A stretch of DNA of 64,000 nucleotides from Candidatus Methanomethylophilaceae archaeon (GTDB lineage: Archaea; Thermoplasmatota; Thermoplasmata; Methanomassiliicoccales; Methanomethylophilaceae), in assembly GCA_944320495.1 (NCBI GenBank), contig CALUHR010000013.1, positions 64,001 to 128,000 on the forward strand. Reading direction: 5' to 3'. Positions within the stretch are counted from its first letter, which is position 1, and each line of letters starts with the position of its first letter. The notes beneath the pieces are model-generated. The model saw nothing but the letters and a program-made list of their open reading frames with translations, was not told the DNA's origin and did no database searches. This document shows positions 9,222-18,879 of the stretch, one piece after another. Both the position numbers and the translations under genes were made by a program.

Positions 9222-11633
9222 ATGGAAACCGCGGAGATCAGGATAATCAGCACGTCGTCCGCCACCCTGGATGAGGAGCCCGTAGTAGAGATCTACGGCA
9301 AGGCCAGGGACGGCAGGTCCGTGACCGTCCTGGTCCGCGGGTTCCATCCGTACCTCTACGGGGTGGAGGTCCCGGAGAAGCTGGAGCGCCAGCTCTCCGA
9401 GGACCCCGAGGTCGTCTCGGTCGAGCACCATCCCCTCCTCTTCAGGGGGAGGAACGTCGATGCGCTGAGGATCACGATCAAGAGTCCCTGGAAGGTCTCA
9501 GACATGCGCAGCAGGCTCCGCGCCAACGGCGTCGAGTCCCTCGCATCCGACATCCCGTTCAACCACCGCTACATCTACGACCAGGACATGGGCGCCTGCA
9601 TCCGCGTGACGGGCGAGCCCGTGGACCGCGGGTACTTCACCGACCTGACGATCGAGCTGTCCTCGTTCGAGAACGTGGACCCCTTCGACCCCGGCCTGAA
9701 GACGCTGTCCTTCGACATCGAGAACAGCGTCGAGCACGATTTCCTGTACTGCATCTGCTCCGTGGTCCATGAGAACGGGACCATGCGGGCCTGCGACCCC
9801 ATCTACGGCACCGAGCCGCAGATCATCCAGGCCTTCTCCGACCTCATCAGGAGGGAGGACCCGGACGTCATCACCGGGTACAACATCGAGAACTACGACA
9901 TCCGCAAGATCGAGGAGCGCGCCAAGGCCAATCGCATGAAGGATGCGATGCCCTGGGGCCGCGACGGCAGCCAGCCGAGGCTGCGCAACGACCGCTTCTG
10001 GCGGGTGAGAGGGCGCATCGTGTGCGACGCCTGGTGGGCCGCCCGCAGAGAGCTCCATCCCAAGCAGGAGACCCTCAACGCGGTCTCCAAGGAGCTCCTC
10101 GGAGAGACCAAGCTGGACGTCGACCCCCGCCACATGGACCAGGAGTGGAGGGACAACCGCGCGAAGGTCCTCGAGTACTGCACCAAGGACGCGGAGCTGG
10201 CACTGCGCATCCTGAACGAGGTGGAGACGGTCCGCAAGGGTATGGACCTGGCGGCGGTGTCGAAGCTGTCGGTGGAAGACGTCCTCTCGTCCGGATCCTC
10301 GCAGCTCGCCGACTCGCTGCTCATCCGCGCGGCGGACCGCGCGAACGTCGCCGTCCCCCAGATGGGCAAGCGCACCAGGGACGACGAGCAGATCGAGGGG
10401 GGATACGTGCACGACATCAAACCGGGACTGTACCACTGGGTCTGCGTCCTGGACTTCAAGTCCATGTACCCGTCCACCATCATCGCCAAGAACATCTGCT
10501 TCACCACGCTCTCCCCCGACGGGGAGATCGTCGCCCCGTCAGGCACAAGGTTCCTCTCCAAGGAGAAGCGCCTCGGGCTCCTGCCGATGATCCTCCAGGG
10601 CCTCATGGACCAAAGGGATTCTATCAAGAGGCAGATGAAGCAGACGACGGACGAGCACGAGCGCAGATACCTGGACGGACTGCAGGCGGCCGTCAAGGTG
10701 CTGATGAACACATTCTACGGGGTGTTCGCCTCATCCTTCTACAGGTTCACGGACAAGAGCATCGGTGCCGCGATAACATCGTTCGCGCGTGCCAACGTCA
10801 AGGGCATCATCGGCGAGCTGCAGTCGGAGGGTCACCATGTGGTGTACTCGGACACCGACTCCGTCTTCGTCCAGTCGCCGAAGGACGACATGGACGGCGC
10901 CATAGGGTTCGGGACGGCGATGGCCGATCGCTACTCCCGGGACGGCGGCACGCTGGAGTTCGAGAAGATCCTCGAGCCCCTGTTCACCCACGGCAAGAAG
11001 AAGAGGTACGTCGGCCGCGTGGTATGGCCCGTGAGGCAGGAGGACCTGCTGGTGCGCGGATACGAGAGCAGGAGGACCGACTCCTTCGACCTCCAGGACC
11101 GCCTCCAGACAGAGATGTTCGCATGCATACTGGACGAGCGCAACGAAGACGCCCTGGCGCTTGCCAGGAAGGCGATCCAGGACACACTGGCCGGACGGGT
11201 GGACCCTTCGGACCTGGTGATATCCAAGACATGCAAGGGGCTAGATGCCTACGAGAACCCCGACCGCATGGCGAACGTCCAGGCGGCCAAGAAGATGATC
11301 GAGCTAGGGTACGACTTCATCCCGGGCATGAAGGTCTCGTGGATCGTCACCGACGCCAAGTCCGCCCCCATGAGGGTGGAGCCATACATCAGCGGTCCCC
11401 AGTTCACGGCGAAGCCCGACTACCGCTACTACGCGGAGCGTCTGGCGAAGATGGCCGGCATGGTCACAGATGTGCTTGGATGGGGCGAGAAGGACCTCAT
11501 GATGGGCAGCCAGCAGGCCACCCTCCTGGACGGCGGGATGTTCTCGTCCAAGGAGTCCGACGCCCCGCAGAGGGAGCCTCCGAAGGCCCCCAAGCCCAAG
11601 TCCAAGGTCCGGAGCCTTGACGAGTTCTTCCGA
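9222..11633 (+). CDS. polB: Family B DNA polymerase (803 aa with CGA stop 11631-11633)
   Basis: Exo I 'SFDIE', Pol A 'LDFKSMYPS', Pol B 'KVLMNTFYG', Pol C 'YSDTDS', 'KKRY'. Ends with the PIP-box-like 'KVRSLDEFF' immediately before CGA. Confidence 0.96.
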
Positions 11634-12167
11634 TCGCGACGCGAGCCTCGGACGGAGCGTCTCCCCCATCATCCTCAGCGTGATATCCGCCATCTCCTCC
11701 GGAGGGTCGGACATGCCCCTGTCGAACCACAGAACGAACCATGCCATCATCCCGCCGAGATGGTACTCCATCCGGTACATGGACGGGACGTCGCCTCCGT
11801 CTGTCGGGAAGTGCTCCCTCAGAACGGGGAGGAGCATGGGCGTGAGACCGCGGGAATGCAGGACGATCATCTCGTCGCGCTTCGCGTAGAACGAGGAGAA
11901 TATCGTCCCGACGTACGCCTTGACGGTCTCCCATCCGTCCATTTCGCTCGCCGCCCTGCTGATAGGCCGCATCGCACCTTCGTAGATGTACGACACGACC
12001 TCGTCAACCGACCCGAACCTGCGGTAGAACGACGTGCGGTTCATGCCCGCCTCCCGGGTCAGCATGCTCACGGTGACCTCGTCGTAAGTATGGTCCCTCA
12101 GCAGCCTTACCAGGGACGAGGCGAGAGCATCCGAGGTCCCATCACGAATATGAGACATATTAGGCAT
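11634..12167 (-). CDS. TetR/AcrR family transcriptional regulator (CGA stop 11636-11634)
   Basis: 'L..LL....YDEVTVSMLTREAGMNRTSFYRRFGSVDEV'; C-terminal 'GG......W...G...PPEEMA'. Start 12167 or 12158. Confidence 0.85.
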
Positions 12168-12232
12168 ATGTGTCTCATCACGGAATTCGTTATCGGAAAC
12201 CGTATAAATCATTATGATGGGGTCGAAGGATC

Positions 12233-12700
12233 ATGCGGTTCAGGACGATGAGACGCGTGGACAGGGACCTGGGCGCGGATGCTGCCCTCGGAATCATCAG
12301 GGACGGACATAGCGGCGTTCTCTGCGTGGATGGGGCGGAGGGCTACCCTTACGGCGTGCCCATGAACTACTGCTTCGATGGCGAACGCCTACTGTTCCAC
12401 TGTTCCAAACATCCGGGACTGCTCCTGGAGTCGATCGGGGACGGGTGCCGGGCTTTCTTCACCGTCGTCGATCACCTGGAGGGGACCAGGTCAAGGAGCG
12501 CCATAGCCTTCGGCACTGTCAGGGAGGACCCCAGCTCGATGCGGAGATGTCTGGAGGGAGTGATAGACAAGTACGTCCCGGAACCCGGTCGTGCGGGCGC
12601 GAAGGACGGAATCCCCAGTGCCGTGAATAGAGCCACAGCACTGGTGTTCACCATCGAACACGTCTCTGCGAAGGTCATCGACCGGCCCGAGGGGCGCTGA
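12233..12700 (+). CDS. Pyridoxamine 5'-phosphate oxidase / NimA-like flavin-binding protein
   Basis: 'MRR.DR', 'GVLC..G..GYPYGVPMNY......LLFHCS..G', 'RSAIAFG'. Confidence 0.8.
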   Translation: MRFRTMRRVDRDLGADAALGIIRDGHSGVLCVDGAEGYPYGVPMNYCFDGERLLFHCSKHPGLLLESIGDGCRAFFTVVDHLEGTRSRSAIAFGTVREDPSSMRRCLEGVIDKYVPEPGRAGAKDGIPSAVNRATALVFTIEHVSAKVIDRPEGR

Positions 12701-12702
12701 CC

Positions 12703-13065
12703 TCGGGCCTCTCCCAGACGTTCCATCATCTCGTTCACCCTATGACGCATGCGTGTGGCTGTGTTTATGGAGACCTCGCACTCCTCAGCGGTCTCCCTCA
12801 GAGTCGCACCCCGTGCGTGACACTCGACGAATATCGCCCACTTGTGCGCAGGAAGCTTGGTGCCTGCCATGACACCATTCCCGACGAACGTGCGTCCGCA
12901 CCCAGAGCATCTGAACCTCTGCGTTCCGCGAGACGTCCTGCCGAAGCGTACGTATTCTGTGCTCCCGCAGACCGGACATGATCCGTCAACCAGTGAAATC
13001 ATCATCTTCAGTCTGTCTCCACCGACGCTCCTCCTGGTGATTGCAGGCTCTTTACTGCCGCCCAT
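12703..13065 (-). mobile_element. Transposase-like fragment (IS1 InsA / IS1595-type zinc ribbon + HTH, no DDE domain); CGA stop 12705-12703
   Basis: 'CPVCGS..YVRFG....GTQRFRC..CGRTF' followed by the HTH 'TLRETAEECEVSINTATRMRHRV'. No catalytic domain or terminal inverted repeats seen. Confidence 0.6.
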
Positions 13066-13250
13066 GGATGGGAGATGTACTCGTATTATATCAACTGCTG
13101 TCTGTTATCTTTGTAATGTTTGTCATTGATTCGATCCAGGCTCGCCAACCACTTTCGGATGTTTCTGAGCGAGCGACAAGGCGGTGCGGGGACGCCGAGG
13201 CCGTCTGCAGGCGAACGGTTATCCAGAGGGCCTCAGATACGGATGACGAC

Positions 13251-13709
13251 ATGCTCGTACTGGACAGCTCCTACTTCTTCTCCTCCGACTCGCTCCCTGA
13301 CGAGGAGCACGTGTGCCCACCCGGCGTCATCCGCGAACTGGAGAACCACGGGGACCCCCGTCTGTCACTCTGGGGCGACATGGTCCGCGTGTCCGACTGC
13401 TCGAAGGGGTCCCTCAAGCGCGTCACAGAGGCCGCCCGCGGCAGCGGGGACCTGGGAAGGCTCTCCCCCGTCGACATGACCGTGCTGGCTCTCGCCCTGG
13501 ATGTGAACGGCACCATCCTCTCCGACGACTACTCCATCCAGAACGTGGCCAGGATACTCGGCATCCCGTTCAGGGCTGTCGGCACCGCCGGCATCAGGAA
13601 GGTCGCCAAGTGGAACTACCAGTGCATCGGCTGCCACAGGTGGTACAAGGAGAAGCTGCCGGAGTGCCCGGTGTGCGGATCGCCGATGCGGGCATGCAGG
13701 AAGAGGCGA
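13251..13709 (+). CDS. nob1: Nob1-like PIN endonuclease with zinc ribbon (152 aa with CGA stop 13707-13709)
   Basis: 'VLDSS.F', 'G.LGRLS.VD..VLALAL', 'SDDYSIQNVA..LGI', 'W...CIGC......CPVCGS'. True ATG at 13251. Confidence 0.9.
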
Positions 13710-14798
13710 TCACGGGAAGAGGCGCCTGCACCTGATCAGGTTGCCCATGCGCCTCTGCCCCAGGATCCTCATGCAGAGCTCGGTGCTCCTCTCGGACCTG
13801 AACGCGAAGGTGTCGGCGAGCCTCTTGTTGAACGCCGCCGTCCTCAGGGGCTTGTCCATGACCCTGCGCCACTGCGTCTCGTAATCGGAGAGCGGCGAGC
13901 CCGATTTTATGTTGGATGCGGCCACGGTCCCGCAGATCCTTCCGGCGATCATCGCCAGCGGGATGCCTCCTCCGTTGACGGATATGACCTGTCCGGCTGC
14001 GTCTCCGACGACCATGCCGTTGCCCTCCACAGTCTTGGGGATGGGGCCCTCGCTGGGGACGTACTTGCCCTGGAGCCTGGAGTGCTCGGCGAACCCGCGC
14101 TTCTCGGCGAAACGGTCGAAGTACTCGGACAGGGAGGTCCCGTCGGAGAACTTGGGCGAGAATCCCACGCCGACGTTGGCGCGGCCGTCCTTCGGTATGA
14201 TCCAGCTGTAGGCGCCGGGCGCGATGTCGCCGAAGTACATGTAGGTGTAGGGCTCGAAGTCGCCCTTGACCTGGGCGGTCACCGCGGGATAGAGGTTCTG
14301 GTTCCTCTGCAGGCCGAGGCTCTGGGCCACGCGGGACCCGGGGCCGTCGGCGCCGACCAGAACCTTGTAGCGTATGTCGCCCTGGGACGTCTTCGCGACC
14401 CCGCCCTCGATCCTGTCGAAGGCGCAGTTCATCTGCAGCTCGGCGCCGGCCTCGACGGCCTCGTGCGCCAGATACTGGTCGAAGCGGTCCCTGTCGGTGG
14501 TGTACCCGTCGAAGTCCAGGAGCGTGACCTTGTCCTTGGGGTCGACCAGCTTTATTCCCTTGATGTCCAGGCAGCGGAGGCCGTCCGGGACCGCGAAGAG
14601 CGACTCGTAGTCCTCCAGCTCCGGGAACATGAACTTGATCTCGGATGCGCCGGGCATGAACTCCCCGCATCTGACCGGCACGCCGACCTGGGAGCGCCTC
14701 TCGATCATGAGGACGGATGCGCCGGCCTCTGCGGCGAATCTCGCTGCGGTGCTTCCGGCGGGGCCGGAACCCACGACAAGGACGTCGACTGAATCCAT
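13710..14798 (-). CDS. Geranylgeranyl reductase family (digeranylgeranylglycerophospholipid reductase)
   Basis: 'DVLVVGSGPAGS.AA', 'VRCGE', 'DRDRFDQ.LA', 'GAYSWIIPK', 'VVGDAAGQV....GGGI'. Confidence 0.9.
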   Translation of the reverse strand: MDSVDVLVVGSGPAGSTAARFAAEAGASVLMIERRSQVGVPVRCGEFMPGASEIKFMFPELEDYESLFAVPDGLRCLDIKGIKLVDPKDKVTLLDFDGYTTDRDRFDQYLAHEAVEAGAELQMNCAFDRIEGGVAKTSQGDIRYKVLVGADGPGSRVAQSLGLQRNQNLYPAVTAQVKGDFEPYTYMYFGDIAPGAYSWIIPKDGRANVGVGFSPKFSDGTSLSEYFDRFAEKRGFAEHSRLQGKYVPSEGPIPKTVEGNGMVVGDAAGQVISVNGGGIPLAMIAGRICGTVAASNIKSGSPLSDYETQWRRVMDKPLRTAAFNKRLADTFAFRSERSTELCMRILGQRRMGNLIRCRRLFP

Positions 14799-14803
14799 TG
14801 GAA

Positions 14804-15769
14804 TCACCTGGTGCGCCTTATGACGTAGTCGGCGACATCGACGAAGGCGCTCTTGTAGACCGAGTCCGGGAGGATGTCGAGACATGCGACGGCGTCATGT
14901 GCCATGCCGTCGGCGAGGGACAGGCACCTCTGAATCGCATCGGTCCTCTGGATGAGTCCCAGGGCCTTCACGACATCGTCCTCCGTCGGTTGCTCCGTCT
15001 CGAATATGGCGCGGATCTCGTCCCCCAGCTTGGGGTCCTGCATCGCGTAGATGACCGGCAAGGTGGGCTTCCCCTCGATGAGGTCCGTCCCTATGGCCTT
15101 CCCGGTCTGATGCGGATCGCCGGTCACGTCGAGGGCGTCGTCCACGATCTGGAACGCGGAACCTATGGCCTGACCGAACTGACCGAGGCTCTCCAGGACC
15201 TCCACATCGGCACCCGCCACAGCGGCGCCCGATTTGATGGACGCCTCGAACAGCTTGGCCGTCTTGTGGTCGATGATGCGCAGGTAGTCCCCCTCGGTGA
15301 CGGAGGACCTGTGCTCGAAGTCCTTCTGGACGAACTCCCCGGCACCCATGGCGGCGGACGCGTCCACGATGTAGTTGACGATGTGGGGGGCGGCGTCGGC
15401 GAGGAGCTTGAAGCCCATGGCGAACATGAAGTCGCCGGCGATGATCGCCTTGCTGGTGGCGTACTGCCTGTGGAGGGCCTTCCTGCCGCGCCTGACCTCG
15501 CCCTGGTCGTTGATGTCGTCGTGGACGAGGGTGGCGCTGTGGATGATCTCGAATCCCGCGCCGATGCTTATCGGGATGCTGGCGTCCTTACCCCCGCACG
15601 CAAAGTAGGCGAGGAGGCACATAGACGGTCTGAGGCGCTTGCCTCCGGCACCGATCACATAGCGGCACATCTCGGAGAGCTCGGGATTCTCCGAATCCAA
15701 CGAGCGGTCCATCAGTGCCTCGAGCTGTTCCAGCTCCTGTGTGATGCATGAATGCCAGGGCTCTGCCAT
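14804..15769 (-). CDS. Polyprenyl (geranylgeranyl) diphosphate synthase
   Basis: 'GGKRLRP', FARM 'HDDIND....RRG', 'KTA.LF', SARM 'FQIVDDALD', 'DL.EGKPTLP'. Confidence 0.93.
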   Translation of the reverse strand: MAEPWHSCITQELEQLEALMDRSLDSENPELSEMCRYVIGAGGKRLRPSMCLLAYFACGGKDASIPISIGAGFEIIHSATLVHDDINDQGEVRRGRKALHRQYATSKAIIAGDFMFAMGFKLLADAAPHIVNYIVDASAAMGAGEFVQKDFEHRSSVTEGDYLRIIDHKTAKLFEASIKSGAAVAGADVEVLESLGQFGQAIGSAFQIVDDALDVTGDPHQTGKAIGTDLIEGKPTLPVIYAMQDPKLGDEIRAIFETEQPTEDDVVKALGLIQRTDAIQRCLSLADGMAHDAVACLDILPDSVYKSAFVDVADYVIRRTR

Positions 15770-15860
15770 CGCGCGTACATGCGCGTTCCCTATTTATGGT
15801 TGTACCTCGGAAGCACCAAGTGCCAGCAGCACAGGAACCGAAGGTCAAGCGTTGTCAGAA

Positions 15861-15884
15861 GGTAAGGGGTTTGGTAAGGGGTTT
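15861..15884. repeat. Tandem 12-bp duplication GGTAAGGGGTTT x2 just downstream of fpoN
   Basis: Exact copies at 15861-15872 and 15873-15884. C-rich on the transcribed (minus) strand; may be part of a terminator. Confidence 0.5.
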
Positions 15885-15895
15885 TGAGACTGCGT

Positions 15896-17377
15896 TCAGA
15901 GCAGCAGGGCTGCGGCGGCGGTCTCGCAGTAGTCGAAGATGAGCTGGGGGTAGACTCCCAGCACGATCACGAAGACCACGCAGATCACGATCGCGACGGT
16001 GAAGACCGCAGGGATCTTGATCTTCTCGGTGGACTCGCCCTTCTCGATGTACATCGCCTTGACGACCCTCGCGTAGTAGTACAGCGAGATCGCGGAGTTC
16101 AGGATGGCGATGAACGCCAGCCAGACCCACTGGGATGTCAGTCCGTCCACACCGCCCAGCGCGGAGCTGAACAGGAAGAACTTGGACGTGAATCCCGCGA
16201 GAGGCGGTATACCGGCCAGGGAGAACAGGAACAGCAGCATGGCGGCCGCCAGGAACGGAGACCTCTTTGCCAGTCCCTTGTAGTCCGAGATCTTCTCGCC
16301 GAGTCCGGCGCAGATCAGGGCTCCGACGATCAGGAACGCTCCGCCCTTCATGAACACGTGGGTGAACATGTGGAACATACCGGAGGCCAGGGCGTAGTCG
16401 GTCATGACCGCCATGACGATCAGGATGTAACCGGCCTGGGCGATAGAGGAGTACGCGAGCATCCTCTTGATGTTGTTCTGGGCGATCGCGACCACGTTTC
16501 CGACGGTCATGGTGAACGCCGCGATGATGGCGAAGAGGTACTGGACCTCCTCTCCGCAGATGGCGCTCAGGCTGGAGCCGGCGACGAACAGGACCAGGAA
16601 GATCTGGAAGAACACGCTCAGACCCATCTTCTTGGATCCCGTTGCCAGGAACAGGGAGACGGGCGAGGATGCTCCCTCGTACACGTCGGGCGCCCACATG
16701 TGGAAGGGCACGGCGGCGATCTTGAATCCATATCCGGCGACCATGCATACCAGGCCGATGGCCAGGATCCAGTTCATGCCGTCGATTGCCGTGGATGCGG
16801 CGATGGCGGCGATGTCCGTGGTCCCGGTGAGACCGTAGATCATGGAGATACCGTAGATGGTCAGGGCGGTGGACAGTCCTCCGACGATGACGTACTTGAC
16901 TCCGGCCTCGGCGGCCCTAGAGTCGTTCCTCTTCATCGTGACGAGGGCGTAGGACGAGATGCTGGTCAGCTCGACGCCGACGAAGATGGTCAGCAGGTCC
17001 GAGGACCCGGCGACGAACATCATACCGGTGGTGGCACCGGTCAGCAGGGCGTAGTACGCTCCGACGTGGAGCCTGGTGGTCTCGGTGCTCGCGTTGGAGA
17101 CCAGGATCGCCAGGAACAGCACGATCTGGAAGAGCAGCAGCATCACTCCGGTGTACGCGTCGTACTCGTACACGCCGAGGGTGGTTCCGGTGAACCCGTC
17201 CACGAGCATGTACGCGTTGACCGCCATCGAGACGACGGCGAAGACGAGCGCGACGGCCCAGGTGACGGTGTGCCTCTTTCCAGCGAAGTGCACTGCGGGC
17301 AGGATCAGCGCGGAGATCAGCATGATGATGATCGGCGCGAATGCGGCGTAATCGCCGAAGATTTCCTCAACGAACAT
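15896..17377 (-). CDS. fpoN: Fpo-like complex subunit N (NuoN)
   Basis: 'EAGVKY', 'FKIAAVPFHMWAPDVYEGA', 'NIKRMLAYSSIAQAGY', 'SLAGIPPLAGF.SKF'. Start at 17377, overlapping the fpoM stop. Confidence 0.95.
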   Translation of the reverse strand: MFVEEIFGDYAAFAPIIIMLISALILPAVHFAGKRHTVTWAVALVFAVVSMAVNAYMLVDGFTGTTLGVYEYDAYTGVMLLLFQIVLFLAILVSNASTETTRLHVGAYYALLTGATTGMMFVAGSSDLLTIFVGVELTSISSYALVTMKRNDSRAAEAGVKYVIVGGLSTALTIYGISMIYGLTGTTDIAAIAASTAIDGMNWILAIGLVCMVAGYGFKIAAVPFHMWAPDVYEGASSPVSLFLATGSKKMGLSVFFQIFLVLFVAGSSLSAICGEEVQYLFAIIAAFTMTVGNVVAIAQNNIKRMLAYSSIAQAGYILIVMAVMTDYALASGMFHMFTHVFMKGGAFLIVGALICAGLGEKISDYKGLAKRSPFLAAAMLLFLFSLAGIPPLAGFTSKFFLFSSALGGVDGLTSQWVWLAFIAILNSAISLYYYARVVKAMYIEKGESTEKIKIPAVFTVAIVICVVFVIVLGVYPQLIFDYCETAAAALLL

Positions 17378-18879
17378 CACAGCACCCCCACAAGGAAGTC
17401 GACGTAGGGATCGATGAAGCTCAGGGCTGCATCGGGCCATACTCCGAACAGGGCGACGAGGACGGCCAGGACGGCGAGCGCGACGAACTCGGGCTTGCTG
17501 ATGTCGTGGACGTGCTCCAGGTCGATCTTCTTGGTCTCGGGGCCGAACAGGGTCTTCTGCATGGCCCAGATGTAGTAGCCGGCGGTGAGCATGAGCGTCA
17601 GCAGGCAGAACACCAGCAGCCACATCACGCCCTCGGCCTTGATGAACTCGTAGAACCCGTAGACGAGCGGGAACTCTCCCCAGAACCCGACCAGACCGGG
17701 CAGTCCGAGGGAGGCCATGAAGGCGATCATCATGAAGGTCGCGTAGATGGGCATCCTGCCGGCGAGTCCGCCGAGCAGGGGCATCTCTCTGGTTCCGACG
17801 GCGTGTCCGGTGAATCCGCACACCATGAACAGCATGGCGCTGATCAGTCCGTGGGCGAACATCTGGAAGATCGCGAAGGTTATTCCGATGTCGGACAGGC
17901 ATCCGATTCCGACCATGACCATTCCCATGTGGCTGATGGACGAGAACGCCACCATCTTCTTGAGATCGGTCTGGGCGATGCAGGCGTAGGCTCCGTAGAC
18001 CATCGAGATGAGACCGATGGCGATGATCACCCACTGCCAGTACGCCGCCCCCTCGGGGAAGCACTCGAGGCAGATCCTGATGATACCGTAGGATCCCATC
18101 TTCAGCATGACACCGGCCAGGATGACGGATCCGGCGGTGGGCGCCTCGACGTGCGCGTCGGGCAGCCAGGTATGGAAGGGCACGGACGGCATCTTCACCA
18201 TGAATCCGAAGAAGAGCAGGGCGAAGACGGCGACCTGGAACGCCTGAGAGGTGGCGGGCATGATCTCGGCCATCGTGTCGAAGCCGAAGTCCATGGTTCC
18301 GGTGACGGCCATGCACTCCCAGCCCATCGCGAAGATTCCGATGAGCATGACCAGCGAGGCCACGTGGGTGTAGATGAAGAACTTGATGGCGGCGTAGTGC
18401 CTCCTCGGTCCTCCGTACCAGCTGATCAGGAAGTACATCGGGATGAGGGTGACCTCCCACATGACGTAGAACAGGAAGTAGTCCGCCGCCATGAAGACGC
18501 CCATCAGGCCGACCTCCATCGCCATCAGCAGGGTGTGGAAGTAGTTCGCCCTGTCGCTCTCCGCGGAGGAGAAGACGACGACGAGCAGGGTCAGCAGGGC
18601 CGTCAGGAAGATCATCAGGACGCTGAGTCCGTCGACCATGAGGTCGAATCCGATGTGGACGGAGCTGGTGTCGATCCAGTCGTACCCGACGGTGAAGACC
18701 GTCCAGTCCTCGAAGCCCGCGTACATCATGTACAGGGTGACGATCAGAGTGATCCCGGAGAAGACTCCGGCGACCCACTTGGCGTATTTCTGCTTCTCGC
18801 CGCCCATGAACAGGGTTGCGACCGCTCCGATGAGCGGGATGACGATCAGCAGAGGCAGTATGAGAGACTCGATGCTCAC
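17377..18879 (-). CDS. fpoM: Fpo-like complex subunit M (NuoM)
   Basis: 'DGLS', 'FYVMWEVTLIPMYFLI', 'VKMPSVPFHTWLPDAHVEAPT.GS', 'DLKKMVAFSSISHMG'. Confidence 0.95.
   Translation of the reverse strand: MSIESLILPLLIVIPLIGAVATLFMGGEKQKYAKWVAGVFSGITLIVTLYMMYAGFEDWTVFTVGYDWIDTSSVHIGFDLMVDGLSVLMIFLTALLTLLVVVFSSAESDRANYFHTLLMAMEVGLMGVFMAADYFLFYVMWEVTLIPMYFLISWYGGPRRHYAAIKFFIYTHVASLVMLIGIFAMGWECMAVTGTMDFGFDTMAEIMPATSQAFQVAVFALLFFGFMVKMPSVPFHTWLPDAHVEAPTAGSVILAGVMLKMGSYGIIRICLECFPEGAAYWQWVIIAIGLISMVYGAYACIAQTDLKKMVAFSSISHMGMVMVGIGCLSDIGITFAIFQMFAHGLISAMLFMVCGFTGHAVGTREMPLLGGLAGRMPIYATFMMIAFMASLGLPGLVGFWGEFPLVYGFYEFIKAEGVMWLLVFCLLTLMLTAGYYIWAMQKTLFGPETKKIDLEHVHDISKPEFVALAVLAVLVALFGVWPDAALSFIDPYVDFLVGVL

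Noticed and set aside
9222-11633. Intein or split in PolB
   Set aside because: The length (803 aa) and motif spacing fit an uninterrupted enzyme, with no intein-like N- or C-terminal signatures.
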